The notes under the pieces: generated by a model | What the model was told of the DNA's origin: nothing | Databases searched by the model: none | What the model saw: the letters and a program-made list of their open reading frames with translations, nothing else | Shown here: positions 12,562 to 27,500 of the stretch, in pieces | How the letters are laid out: every line of letters starts with the position of its first letter | Numbering within the stretch: the stretch's first letter is position 1 | Made by a program: the position numbers and the translations under genes | Assembly: GCA_963924565.1 (NCBI GenBank) | Contig: OZ004612.1 | Coordinates: 12,400,001 to 12,464,000, forward strand | Source: Ascidiella aspersa | Taxonomy: Eukaryota | Direction: 5' to 3' | DNA: 64,000 bases

Positions 12562-15500
12562 TCAAATAAACTTGGTCCTGTTGAGTGCCCTGGTGGCGTG
12601 CGTGTCATCCATCATTCGCGACCAGTCAGTCTGACCCACAACAAAGCCAACGTCCCGCATGCGCTGCTGGGTTTTTCGCTCGTGGATGTCGGCCCAACGA
12701 ACCTAAGGAAAATCAAGGAGGCGAATTAGCTTCCAACCTTGGCAGAAAGAGCTTACATGTTCTGCAGGCAATTAGACTTTTACTTGGTATTTTTTTTTAC
12801 TCAACTAATCATACGTACGGTAATTTGAGTAGTGTACTTGCCGAACGTTGGTGATTTCCGATGGTGGTATTGCTTCCATGCTGCGCGCGCAAAAACGCAA
12901 ACAAGCTAACACGTCGCCTGCTTTACGTTATCACTAGATTACGCCAAACAATGCAGCAAAATAATTGTTCCAATAGAAATTGAACTCACAGCCGTGGGCT
13001 AACAAGACCAATGTCTTTTACTCGGCCAAGCTATCGATAAACGTTCTTAAAAACGAAAGTCATATCTCAGGCTGTCTGAATCCTAATATAATACTAAATG
13101 GCTGATTGCTATTACTCACCCTCTTTTTGCCTGGCGCCGACTTTCTGCTGTCGTAGTCGTCCGGCAAACTGAGAAAGTCCTCCATGCTACGCTTGACCGA
13201 CTTCTTCGTGATGCCGTCGAGCTTGTCTGTTGCGTCACAACGAAAACATGACGTCACAGAGTTAGAAAGGTTACGATACAAACGAGCCGCTACCTTTACG
13301 GACATGTCATCGTGAAGAGTGTTTTATATTGAATGACTAAAACTGCAATCATATTCTATCTAAATTCTTTCAGAAGAGAAAATTTATAATTTAGTGGTGT
13401 GCGAACACCACAATGGTTTCAAATGTTGCAGTTTTATATAATATATCGTTAAAACTGCAATTATTGAGTTAACCAATTTACTTTCGCCAAACAATACCAT
13501 GATTCAAACGAGGCAAAAAATAGTTAACCGTTATCTATCCGCACAAAACCGCGTTAGTCGAACCGCGCGTGCCTATAGTACAACCCTAATGCTTTATCGC
13601 ATAAAACTGCAAGAAAAGGACGAATAGTTTGGGCTGTTTGGTGCCGCAAAGCAATATGAAGCGATCGAATGCATTGGGCAAGTAACACTTACCGAGTCTC
13701 GCCGCTGCCGATTCACTCTCCCACTTGCTTTTCTGCAGGTCCTGGTAACAGGAACAAGAACAAAAGGGTTGCCGGTGACTTTTAAACGACAACCTGAAAA
13801 ACTCAACGGGAAAGTTAACTCTCCAAAGCCCTTTGAAAACCTGTTCGACGTAAATTTCTCGCAGTATCCGACGTAAATAGGATATACAAAGTGAAATTTG
13901 CTGCAGCATGTTTTATGTCCAAGAAGTCCACATTTACAGCATAAAGGTGGATTTGTGGTTCATGAAGTTCAAATAAATTGTTTAGCTAGAAACTTTTTGA
14001 CAAAGCTGCACGAACAGTAAAACAAACCTTTTTAATCAATTGTAAATAACATATGTGATAATAGATTTTTTTTCAAAACACATTTTTAGTATCACTTCGC
14101 CTAAGGCAACTGACAATCTTTTTAATCGTTAGTAGTTTTAGCTATTCGAAGTGAGCACGAAGTACAAACGATTTAATTGGATGAAAATAGCATATCCGCA
14201 ATCGTCATCGATTTCTCACACTTTTTTAAAACGCGAATTGCGTTTTATATTAGCAATACTTTTTCAAGAGAATCAAAACCTTTAAACAAAAAGATTTTAA
14301 AATAGCATAACAATTTTTAATGCACCAATGATGAAATAATTAATGCTGATTTAAACCTAAAGCTATAAATATCGGTCAACTCAGATTTGCTTAAATGTTT
14401 TATTTCATTTGTTTAATAACATATCATGATTGCAAATGCGATTTCCTCATTTAACAATCACATTTTTCCCTTGGTTTAAACTTCATTTTATATCACTTGC
14501 TCATTACTTACAATAAAAACTCCAAGATAGGCAAAACAAGCTACCTAACACTAGTTCCATTTCAAAAAAATGAACTACCTATTATTCTGCCTATTTAGAG
14601 TTTTTATCTCGAATAAAAATAAAAACAAGTTTTACGGGTACGATTGCGATTTCCTGGCAGGCCTTAAAACAAAACATATTCATTGTTTTCCGTTAAACGT
14701 TATTCAAGGTTTAGTCAAGTTGCCTTGAAAAACTCTAAATACAACAAACGTTGGAAGACTCCATTGGTTCATCAATTCCAACAAATTTTATTTAAATGAG
14801 AATTCAAACTTAACTTATTTACATTAACCAGTTGGGTATGTTTTGTTTAATTGTTTTTTAAAAGGAATGGTATGACCAACAACAATTTATGCACATTCCA
14901 GTTGCAATAAACCTGTTTGGTTTTATCTTAATTGCATCCAACGAAGGGATTACCAATTATAATTTTAGGAAATCTTTGCGGTTGAAATCAATAGAACAAT
15001 TCTGTATATTTAGAAATTAACCATTCAAATATATTCCAATACACCCTAATACAATGGATGAAGTTTTTTTTATGTTTATCCCACAACAAACATAAAAAAG
15101 TATGTTTATCCAACATAAAGATAAAGACATCTGAATTTCGTCAGCATTTTACCAACACTTAAGCATCGTAAATGCTTTTTTTCTAATAAACAACATTTTT
15201 CCTTGATATTATTAGTAACAAAAATAGACAAATTCGTCCTTTTACCAGACTCAGTAAACAAGCGTGGCAGTACGACACACTGGTCTACCTCCATGTCCTC
15301 TCTCGTCCAACCACTTACTGTCTTTCCCTTTTCGGCGTCTTTCGAACTGGACTCTTCCTTGTTCACGACTTTATCTTCACCGCCTCCTTCGCCCACGCTT
15401 TCCTTTTCCTTACTCTCGTCCTCCATAACGTCGTCCATCTCTACCTGAAAACGTTCAGGAAACCAAGTTCAACGTTTGCTTAAAACGTTGCGATTATTAA

Positions 15501-18500
15501 ATTGAAGGCGTTGTGTTTAGAATCAACATCGTTATTATTGCCGACTAAGCAAGGAAATTGCTATAAACGGATTATTTACTAGCTTAAGTGAAACAGTCAA
15601 AATAACACCTTTCTTTAATACCAACCAACAGTTGTACCTTTTAAAAAAAAAAAAGGTTTGACAGCAGCTATATACAAAGGTTTAAAATTCAACTTGGAAA
15701 TAATGTTATATTTTTCATATCTCACCGGATAATGCGCAATACAATCCTATTAAAATGCGATAAAACTCGTATTCAAATCACACTGGCTTTCAAAACTGTA
15801 AGAAAGATAGCAAAGATAAAAAGTATGTCAAAATGGAAATAAAACCTCTGGTAAAATTTTAGGAAATTGTGCTTTTATTTAATTTGACCTGCAGTAGCAA
15901 AATTTTTATGAATGTTTGATTTAACCAATATATACAAGTTGCATTTCAGTCATGTCAACCTAAATAACGGAACATCATATGAAAAATACTTTTATCTCAC
16001 CTCCTGAATCTCAGAGTCTTGCACCATAAGTCGGAGGTCGAGTTTGTTCATGTGCATTGCCGTGTCCTCCCAGTCGGCAGCCAGTTGCTGGATCTCCTCC
16101 AGCGTGCGGTTGTGAACGTTACGTCTGGCGCACGTGTGCGGGTCGCACCTGATCTCGGCCACGTAAACCTGCAGCAAGAACGTTGGGTAATTTGATTCTT
16201 CCTTTATTTTATTTTGATTGCGTCTATTTGGTGAAATTTCGCAAACGACGAAACTACGCGGTGTCGATGATTAGGTTTTACCTAAAAACAGCTGGGCGGT
16301 TAAGGAAGATTACACCTTTTGATATCATAGAGAAGTTTAATGCTAGAAAAAAGGTGGACAATTTAGCCATTTTTTAGTGGGCCGAAAGCGAATTTTAAAT
16401 AGATTAGTTTTATTATGTAATTGTGTGCCGCGTGATGGTCGTACATTCATTGCACTGTATTTATTGCTAAGGATAAAAGTAAGTTGGTATGGATAAAAGT
16501 TGTTATCTTGGCTCATTAGTTCATCACAGGGCCGTTTTGCCAATGTAAAACATAGTAATACTTTTGGGCCGCGACAAAAAAAAGTTTAACGACCACTACA
16601 CTAGACTACACTTTTTAAAAGCACAGGAACACAAACAGAAACCGAGAGTATAATAGAAGCCCCGGTGGGGCGGTAAAAAATATCGAAAAAAAAAAATCCT
16701 TTTTTAGATTGCACCACACTATATACTCTTTAAAAGCACAGGCACACAAAGAAGCCTCAGGGAGGGCGGCACCTCGAATCCAGAGCTCTTTGCGCTGTCG
16801 TAGAACTCGGCGAAGTGAGCCACCTTCTGGTTGACGGCGTCGACGATGACGAAGGAGAAGTATCCGTCCTCGCACGTCTTACGGAAGGAGCGCAAGAGGT
16901 TGGAAAGGTACGATTCCTCCATCTCCGGCTCGTATTCGTATTCTAGCACCTGGGAGAGATCAGCTGAAGGTTCATTTTCCAATAACGACGTGCAAGGTAA
17001 TTACTCCTGAAGTTCTGAAGGCATCGTGTACAGTACACTATATATTAGCTGCCGTTGTTGTTGGCCAGTACCACTTCAGAAGGGTTTAATAACACAAAGC
17101 AAATAGTATATATGTAATTTTTAATTCCGAACATGACACTTTTTTAGCATAAAAATGTAAAAAATTAGAGAAATATTAACCGGAAAACAGCGAAGCGTAA
17201 AAAACAAAACAATGGTGTTTTTAACTATTTAAACTGCCACAGTTTGCTAAGTTGGAATCGCTATCTGAATATAAGTCCTAAAAATCTTTTGGCTTCTTAC
17301 GAACTCCCTTTGGGGAAATCTGATGTTAAAATAAAACAGCATATGAATAGTACGAAATCTAAAAAACGACATAGGGAAATTTGCTATTTCCTCAATTTTT
17401 GTAGACATCAGAATAAAAAAAAGAAAGAAAAAATCCGAAAAATCAATAATAAAGGAAGTCTATTGCTGTAAACGCCAAGAAAAACAAAACTCACCTTTTT
17501 CGAAACCTTTTTGCCGGTGTCCGGGTCTTTTTCGATTTTCTCCACCTCGGCCATGAAGTAGTTATCCATGCTCAGAACGCGTGGTTTCACTCCGAAGCTA
17601 GCTTCTTTATCCTTTGTGGAAATAAAGGCGTTCACAAAATCGTAAAACCAGTAAGACAAGTTTCCAAAAGGAATCCTTATAGTCTATTCAAGTGTTTCTT
17701 AATCAGGTGAATAGTTCACCTCAGAGTGAACGAAATTTTTGCAGGGGTGAACCAACCAAAAGGGGGTGAATAAGGGTAAACCGTCAGAAATGGATGATAG
17801 CTTGCGAGCAGGGCGGATGTTCTGTGTTTTTTTGTGCTTTTGTAGCTTATATCTCTGGACTCGAGAAATTGTAGATTTGCGATGGTATAACTTAGCTTGA
17901 GTTGTTCTTAACAAAAATCGAACAACGGAAGTAATTTTCTTCTGTTATATATAGACAAAATAGTTTTATAATATCATAAAACAAGGGTGAATGAAATCTG
18001 GAGAAAGATGCTAGGGGTGAACAAAACTTAAAAAGTTTAAGAAGTCCATTAAAATAAGCAGATTTTTATTACTACAAGTTATTAAATAACTAGAGACAAG
18101 ATATCTTTGCAGAAGTAATTAGCAAAATGACGAACGTGTAACATTAAAAAAAGGAATTATTGCACACTATACATTTTTATCAACACAGTTCTTACCCTGA
18201 TCAGTTTTGCGATGTGTGTTTTCCCGCTTCCAGGCAAACCACGAAGAATCACCGCAATCTAAAAGCACCAGATTTTGTGCGTTAATAATCACGTACTAAA
18301 ACAAAAACAAAAAACATATATATACATTTACAGGTGTTGTGATTTTTAAGAACTTATAAAAGTAACTTTAATTTTTGTAACTATTATATAAAATATATAT
18401 ATATATTTTTTATTATTAAATAAACTCAAACGCCACAATGGTTTTGTTTATTAAAAGTTCAAATGGTGGAAGTTGTCTTGCAGGACTTATTTAAGAAAAT

Positions 18501-21500
18501 CGTCCGCACTTTCGGTCATTTTACGAACATTATACTTTAAAAAGCACAATCACGAGAGTTACAAAAAGCGATTTCGAATCACTCTTTTGATTGGCTAAGC
18601 ATCACCTTCGTGGGTCTCCTCATTCGGCCCGGCATGTCGATCAGGTCGGCCACGTTGACGAAAGCTGGGGCCAGCAGGGCTTTGCGCATGCTCGCCGCTA
18701 GGGTCTTGCTGCTTACGCGCGTCAGAATGCTCTCCATCTTGGTCGGCGTGCCACGGCCGCTTCCGCTCGACGAACTGGAAAGGTGGAAGCGAAGGATTTA
18801 GGGCAGTGATTCCCAAACTTTGTGCCGCAGCACACTACTAGTGTTCCTCGAGAGATTGCCAAGTGTGCCGCGAAACTTCTTGTATTTTTGGAAGGTAGAG
18901 TATTTGTATTAAGTAAATGGCAAGTCGCCTGCATTAGTTTTTTTAGCAATATAATGTAGTAAACAACGTATTGTGTTAGTTTTATTTTGGATCCGACGGG
19001 TTAGCAACAAAATAATTTTTTTAATCGGATTAGTGATTACCATTATAAGATACATTTTAGCAAGCTTTTTAACGTATGAACACAATATTTTTTAATGACT
19101 ATGGAATTATAAATTATGCTAATAATAATGTAAAAGAGCCACGGCCAAAAGTAACAAAATTGGAAATTAATCTCCGAAATGACAAAGTTCCTTAAAACCT
19201 GATTATTCACTAATTTCAAGGAAAAAACCCTGACTGTTTATTTATTTCAGGGGTCAGCAAATTTGTTCAATGAAAGAATCACTTGCAAAAATCCCACAAA
19301 AACCATCAAGCCACAAAATTAGTATTGTTAAAACAAATACGGGGTTAACGGGTTAAGCTATAGAAGAGACAAAAATCATGCGGCAAGTCGCACTTCCACC
19401 ACATGCGTTATGCATATTTTAACAACTTACTGCGTAGGACTACGTTTGATGGGTGGGGGGCCGAACCCTTCTTTAGGCCGGCCCATCGGGGGCCCGCTCT
19501 CGGGTCTCGGGGACCGCGTGGGGCCGCCCCCTTCAACCTGGAGCCGGAGGTCTCGGCCGAACTGGTCTTTTCCGCCTTTCGTGTACGGCAAGTCTCTGCC
19601 GAAGCGATCTCTACCGCCTCTTTGTGGCGACCTGGCAAATGTAAAATTTCATTAGTAGAAATTTCACATCATCAATCAGCAGTGCTGCAGAGTCGGACTC
19701 GGGACTCGACGGAGTCGGTTTGTTTTGCTTGGAGTCGGACTCCGGTCTCGAGTAAGACAACCCGAGTTCTTAGTCCGACGTGCGCATTAAATTACGAATC
19801 TAATGAGGCCCAAAATTGGAAACTGTTAAGGCAAAATAGATTAATTTGGAAATTTTTCTAACCATGTATTGCGAATTGATGAAGTATATGATAGCCCTCC
19901 TTATGAGTGGATTTAGGAATATCCATAAAATTTTACTTACTTAAGTGGGTGAATTGCAGGCTGCAGAGTCGGAGCCCGACACGGGACTTAATAAAATAGC
20001 ACATTTGGCCAGTCGGACTCGTTTTTTTTGTGTTTTGGCCGGAGACGAACTCGGGTCCCTTTTTTGGCGACGGTTTTTTTTAACCCCGCAGCCCTGTTGG
20101 TCATTTACGGGTGTATTATGATTGGGCTAAACTTTTTGGTTAAACTAATCTAAAATACCAATTGCGTTTGAATACTGATTTCGGTAGAATCAAAGTGCTT
20201 TAAAATTGTTTTTATACTTTTTATGTGTCGGTTAAGTGTAACTAAATTTTGTTACGATTTTAACAGCATAATACTGCTGTACTAAAAAAAATACGGAACG
20301 GCGACGCCAGGCACTTAACAGCAACAGAATATGTACTTTACTAAAGTTACAGTACATTAAAACTTCTGGTGTTTCACAGCGGTATTATAGGAAACATACA
20401 GTAGGTTGAATTTGAAAACTGTCCGAGTATGATGGTATTAATTGGAGGTGCTACTTAATTACCGTTTATGGTTATAAGTTAATATTAAGAAGAACATTTA
20501 GGCTGTTAAATTGTAGAATATATATAATGCATTATAATAACGTTTCAGTTAATGCTTCAATCAACATCAATACTTTGCAGTTCTTACTATAGCCTTAAAG
20601 ATATATTATAGCTTTATTCTCTATCCAACAAAGCACCCTTAGTGTTCCCAATTTAGATTTTCCCAGATTTTAACAAGATAAGCAACAAATCCACCAACCT
20701 CGACCTGCTCCTGCGTAACTTGCGCGGCGGGGAGCGTCGCTCGTTTCGGCGTGGAGGCGACATGGGGCGCTCGATGCGTCGCGGCGGAGAGACGCTGCCC
20801 CCTCTGGGCGGCGAGTAACGCTCCCTGGGCCTGCCCTCGTCGCCCCTGGGGCGCATTTCCCGCCGGTCGGACTCGGGCGGCCGACGGTGGTCGTAGGGCC
20901 GCATTCTGCGATACAGATTAGAGATTTTTAAGGTGAGAATACTATAGGAAGAACTATTTAGGTAAATTTTATCAATCCGACATTTTAATCTTTCATTAAT
21001 TATGAAGCTTAGGTCCAGTGCGATTTAAAGTATCATCTTTTTATACGAGCTTTCAAATTCGGTACCTTTTCGTTTTCAAGTTAAATTGAAATATGCTTAC
21101 AACTAAAGCGAACACAGCAATAGCAAATCCGTTTTTTTTGTTTATCATGAAAATAGGACTTTTTCACACTAAACGATATTTGGGTGAACAGATTCGTGTC
21201 AAACTTGTTAAAAATACTTCCAAAAAAAGAAAACAACGATTACGAAACAATTTGTAAATGTGGTTAAACTTTCTTTTTCCCGAGCTGGAAAACCGAAAAC
21301 ATCTCCAAATGCCATTTCAAACTACATATCCTTTTAAAAAGATTTTAAAACTAATAAGAACAAAGCGCTTCGAATCAGGTGGCACTGTATAAAGACAAAT
21401 TGTGTTGAATTCTCCACAAGCTTTCGCACAACCGTCAACCGTGCTTCATCAGGTCAAAGTATAAATGAAAACAATTAAAGGGCACATAAAAGCAAAAGCG

Positions 21501-24500
21501 CGTGTAACAGGCGATAAGAGAAAATCAGCCACCTAGTTCCTCTATTTAGAATTAGACAAATAAGGCCATATACAAAGATTCGTTTAAAATAAAGTCTTAC
21601 TTCTCCATCGGCGGTGATTCCGAGCGCCGTACTCGCATGAAATCGCGCTCGCGGTCTCTTTCGCGCTCATCCATGGGTCGCGGCCGATAGCGCTCGTGAT
21701 CGTGTTCACGTTCACGCTCACGAACGTCATACCCGCCGCCGTCCGGTCGCCTCATGTCGGGGTGGTAGCCTGGCGGCGGCCGATTGTCGTGCGGCCGTTC
21801 GTCCGAGTAGCGGCGGATGCGTTCTGCCGGAAAATCGTGCCCGCGACCCGGCGAACGTCGCTCGTGATAGTCGAAGTCTGGGTGCCGGCGCATGTCGGGC
21901 GGCGGCGGGCCTCCGCGGTGGAAATCACGTGGGTCGGGAGAACGGGATCTGGAAGGCGGGTAAGATTGTTTATTCCGTTATTAGGCAAAAGGGAGAAAAC
22001 AATTAGGTTTATAACAGTCGTGGCAAAAAATAACAGTGAGAGTTGCTGTAGAACTGGAGTATAAACCTCCAAATAGTTTATTTAAACGTCAATCATATTG
22101 AAAATTTTTCCAAAATGCTGAACTATGTTTTGCTATGATTTTAAACTTGATATTTGCAATTTGACAATGCCAAATGCATAAAACATTAGATATAAAAACA
22201 CTATATTTGCAATTAAATTTTTAATAATGAACGTCACGATGATAATAAGCGTGATAAGGGATATTCGTTATATTTCTTGACAATCCCAAAATTTTTTAAA
22301 GCTGCCAAATAAAAAAAATCCAACTAATTCAAACAGCCGTCGATCACCTCCTCCTGCCCATCATGTAATCCTCCTCCCTCTTCCGCGGAGGAAAGTCTCC
22401 GCTCCTCTCGCGGAACCTGGGTCGATCCGGAGAGTAGGGACGTCGAGCCATCTGTAGCTCGCGCTCCCGCTGGAGGAGGAGCTGCTCCCGTTTGCGGAGG
22501 TCGTCCTCTATTGCTCTCAGGCGCTCCAGGCTCCTCTCCCGCTGCTCGCTTCGCTCCTCGTGCTCTTTCTCAAAGCGCTCGCGGCCCAGCATCTCCTGGA
22601 TTAAAGTGAGAAGTTTAGCTAACCGCAGGGCTGTACAACATGCGGCACCGCGACATAATACTAAATGTGTTATGCAGCCAATTGGCACAAAAATACTAAA
22701 TGTGTTATTCAGCCAATTGCCACAAACATACTAAATTTGGTATTCCTGAATTTCAATTAAACGTTCTTCATCGAGTGGCATATTGTTCCTTAAAACTAAT
22801 ATCACATATAAGCTTCGCAACAAGTGTTAGCATCTTAAAAAAGCGGCATTTGAGCCAAACTGCATGAAAGTCGAGCTGTGTCCCTTTAAATAAAAAATAA
22901 TTTAAAATTCCGGCTGGTTTTAATCCGACCACAGCGGATTTTTTCGTATGACCATTCAACTTTTTTAGAAACGCTGTCCACAACTAGTCTTCCGGCGTTT
23001 TAAACATTTAATGATAAATCCACGAAATAACCAAAAATCTAATTTTGGTTCGGAACTAGGACACAACTGTATTAAAGTTGCCCTAAAACGTTTAATAAAA
23101 TCACAGTATCCACGGCCAAGAAGTTCCAATCGCTTCGCAATTAAAAACAGTCGACCAATTAAAGTGTAATTTCAAATAGCCAGTTCAAACACGTGTACCT
23201 GTTTATATTTCAGTTTTTCTAGATCATGATGTACGGCTTGCTGCCCCCTCTCAATCGAGTCGCGACGCATTTCTTCCCTCGGATGCGGCGATTGTTCTCG
23301 AGACCTCCGATCGCCGAGCGAGTTGCGTCGCTCCGACTTGTCATCCTGACTCCCGTCTGCCGAGCTCGCTTTCGAATCACCTTTCCCCAATTCCCGCCCT
23401 TCGGTGTCAAACATCTTTTCCTCCTCAGGGGGAATTTTGGGTTTTTCTTTTTCTTGTGGTGGTGGTGGACCCGAAAACGGCGGCCTCGGGCCATGTGGGC
23501 TCCACATACGCGGCAGACCCATCGGACCTGGAGGTCCTATGAGACCGTGGGGCATCATTGGATCCATTGGCCCTCTCGGGCCCATCGGACTCATTGGGGG
23601 ACCGCGTGGGCCCATTGGGCCGCGTAACGGCATGCCAGGAGGACTGAATGGCCCACGGGGACCCATCATTACAGGTGGCCCCATTGGCCTTGGTGGAAAA
23701 GGGGGCCGTCCGAAAAATCCACCTGCAATTTGTGATGTTCGTAATTAATACTACAAAATCAATGGAAGAATTTTTTGTATTAGTTTAGTTAACTTCAGTT
23801 GATGAAATGCCGTCACCTGGCGGTCCCATGCCTAATCCTGACATCTCCAGGGCTCGTCTTTCCTCAGCAATCTTCTGCATTTCCAAAGTTTGGGCCTGAC
23901 ATGGCAAGAAATAAAGTTGTTGTCTCCAATCTACTGCATGTAGTATGTAGTATAATAGAGCCAAGCGGGCCACACAGCTTTAATTTCGCTTTATAAACAA
24001 AAAATATTCTAATATACAGAAAATACTTGAGTAAATCATTTTGATCCGCAACCTTTTTTTTAGTTAAGTTAAGGCACACTTAAAAGAGAACAAAATTTCA
24101 ACGGCCCACCCGCTAAATATCTGTAAATCGACAATAGACACAGAAAACATCAAAGGCAGCCTAAAGTGCACCAAATAACATTCCTTTATCTTTCAATTTT
24201 GGTGTATTACGGTGCTCCTAAAATATTAAAGGCCACTCAATATCGAAAGATTTTATTTTTTTGCAATAAAGGGTAGTTCTCGTTCCGCGTTTACGCAGTA
24301 TAAATACGGAAAAACAATGTTGTCTTATAAACGTGCTAATCGACTTTCGTGTTAAAAATCGACTGGAAGTACATATGACTTCAGACATCAACGTAATATA
24401 GGTTTCAAACGTTTAAAACAACAAGAAAAGTTAACAATTTTTAAATCAACCACAATAGCTCCTAACTCTAAAACCTGGTTATAATATATATTTGCTCAAC

Positions 24501-27500
24501 CAAACTAAAAGGTGTTTTAACTTACATAAAGTGGATCTAATCGCTGGGCTTCTTCAAGTAGCTCTCGTTCATGCAAAGCCCGAAGCAGTAGTTCTTTTTC
24601 CAACTGAGGATCATGCTTGAGCTAGAACATTTTTGAGAATTGCATTACAACGTGTAGTGAAGTAGATCGACAGCATCTTGATTAAGACGTTTCGATACGA
24701 ACTTGTATCATCTTCAGTTAGTGTGACGTACAAGTTCGTATCGAAACGTCTTAATCAAGATGCTGTCGAGCTACTCGAGCTTTTTGGCTTTGAAATTTAT
24801 TATTAAGCTACATTACAGATCCGTGCATAGTGTACCCAAACGTGTAGTGAAATTATCAATTACACTTGAAATAAAAAGTTCTAAAAATGCGCTAAACGAA
24901 ATCTTTGATGACGGACCACTTATGTTACAAAATAGGTTTGTTAGTCCACGAAAAAATCAGTTGAAAATGTGATTTTTTGACAAAAAAAAAATACAATAGC
25001 TGCAATATTTTCAGTTAGTTTAAATTATTAACATATGTCAGGTAAATAAAAAATCGGTAAAGGTATCCGTATCACTTGACAAAAACATAAAATTCGAACA
25101 TCAGTAGCGGTCCAAAAAACATTTAAAAAAGGTGCACACATGAAAACCTACCAGATCTAACAAAACCTAATATTTTCAACAGCGTGTGGTAATATACTAC
25201 AAGAATTTTTTCATACAACAATAAATTAGAAAACTCAATACTTCGGCTCTCAGAACAATAAACATTATTATCATTGGCGCTGTTGCGATTACAACTTATC
25301 GACTCACATATTCCTGCAGCAAGATATCGTCCTTTATCCCGGCGTAATCCTGCAAAGTGTCAAGGCCAAGAAGATCCATGAGAGGGTCGCCAGTTCCAAC
25401 CTTGGGCTTTTCCAAAGCACCAGGAGCCTTTGTAGCATTTGCCAGGGCGGGGTCCAGTCCGAGGCGCTGCAACAACGCCGCTTCTATTGCTTCCTTGTCC
25501 AGGGTTTGTTGGTCCTTTGCTGGAGGCTGATCCTTACTTCCACCTGGAGCTTGTTGGTCCGGTTGATTCTTATCAGCACCCTCTGCTATTGGCAAGTTAG
25601 CTGGCAGCTCACCGCTTTAAAATAAATTTCAGCTTTTTTTCTAATCTTCTCTTAATTGTATTTAAATATCACAAGTGAAGGTTGACTTGTTATTACGTTA
25701 TTTTCAATGCAATCAATAAACTTTGTTAAAAAAAATACTACAGAATTGAACGCTACAAATCCAATCACTTTAGGTCAGTGCTTCCGAACGGATGGCTCGC
25801 GATCTATTTCAGGTGGGTCGTAAAGCTATTTCAGGTGGGTCGCAAGGCATTTCTAAATGTTACAGATTTCTATTTGATCAGGAAATTATTGCATTATCAT
25901 TACGTAAAATAAATATGTACAATTAGAAGTGGTGTGTCGCATAACTATTTCAGTCTGTACGCCAGAAGTAAAGATGCAGGTTTTATGTAACTGTTAATCT
26001 TAGTTCCAATCAGTTCCATTTTAAATTATTGCTAAACAGGGGTTAATGTAATTTATTTGAACTCTCTAATTTTGTTGGATTCTTTTTATAGTCACAAAAT
26101 GGATATTTTTGAGCTTTATCATTCATTTGTTTTTTATTCGTTTGGTCCAATACTGGTAGCTCATTGTGGGTCACACAATAAACTTGCATTAAAAGTGGGT
26201 CGCGAACTGAACAAGGTTGGGAAGCACTGCTTTAGGTTACTTGATTTAAATTAAATACAATTGCTTTTTGATTTGGCAATACCTGGCACGAGTTTGTTTG
26301 ACTATTTTGACAGCAGACAGTATGTTCTTTAGATCGAGACTACTGAGCGATTTTGCCTTCTCCAAAACAGCACTTGTGGTAACCGATGCAGGCGACTTGT
26401 CAGCAGAAGTGATTGGCTTGGCCGAAGAATCACTCACTTCAAAAGAAAAATTGTGAAGATAAATAAATAAATAAACGTTTTGCAGAAAATTAAGCTCACT
26501 GTTATAAAAACATCATGTAGTTAGCTATCACAATGGTACATCTTTAATGTTGTGAATCGGTGGTTTGTTTTATGGCCATAAAGAGCTTAATACAATAAAC
26601 AAAATAATACATATAAGACTATTTTTAGACTTTGTTTCTTATTGCAGAACCTGTGACATGTTTTTCACACAATTCAGGACCCCTGCAGTTAAATTGTGGA
26701 AACAGAGGCAATTTTTTTATCAGGCCAGTTTAAATTCAGCGACAGGAACTGAATATTGACAGAAATTATTGGTAAACCTATATTTATTAGCCTATCTTTA
26801 TACTTTTAACCCAGTTTTATGCCGCTATTAAGCTCCTGTTGATTTTGACTTTTGTTTTATATTAAATGTACACTGTTGAATTTGTTTGGTCAAGATCGAT
26901 CCCATCAATTTTTGCAGTGTAAAGTCTTTTTAACAATTTCAGAAGCTTCAAAAGTGTGATAGTATTTAATTATATAACTAATCCTTTTTTGTGATTAATA
27001 CTTTGTGTCTAGCCTAGTTATTGTTAAGGTGAAACATTTAAATCTAACTGAGAATACTGGTATGTATGTGAGTGACTAAGAAACATGGTTTTATTGATTT
27101 ATGCCAATGTACATTATTAATGTGGCTCTTTTGAGTTCAAATTAAAAAATGTGGTTCTTGGTCTCTTACTGGTTGTTCACAACTATTTATGCCTTTGTAC
27201 TTTAGGTTATGCAAGTATATATCTTTATTGTTGGTAAGTCTATACATATATATATATATATATATATACTTATGCGTTTATCACAATAATCTACCTTTTG
27301 GTTGCTTGATAGCTTGTAGGTGTTCCTGAAGCTTCTTTAAATTGTCACCCTTAAAGAGTGGATTGTTTTGTAAAACTTCAGTCAAATTGGGTTTGCCAAA
27401 CCCAATCCCTTGTTCTCTTCCAAGTGATGGACGATCTGGCACAGATGGGCCTGCACTTCTTTCCCTGTCTCCTGAAGACACGGAGCTGCTCCGATCCAGA

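Noticed and set aside
12414-13909. Short ORFs with dibasic sites resembling a neuropeptide precursor
   Set aside because: The spliced frame is the conserved YLPM1 C-terminus; the other ORFs are alternative frames or UTR.
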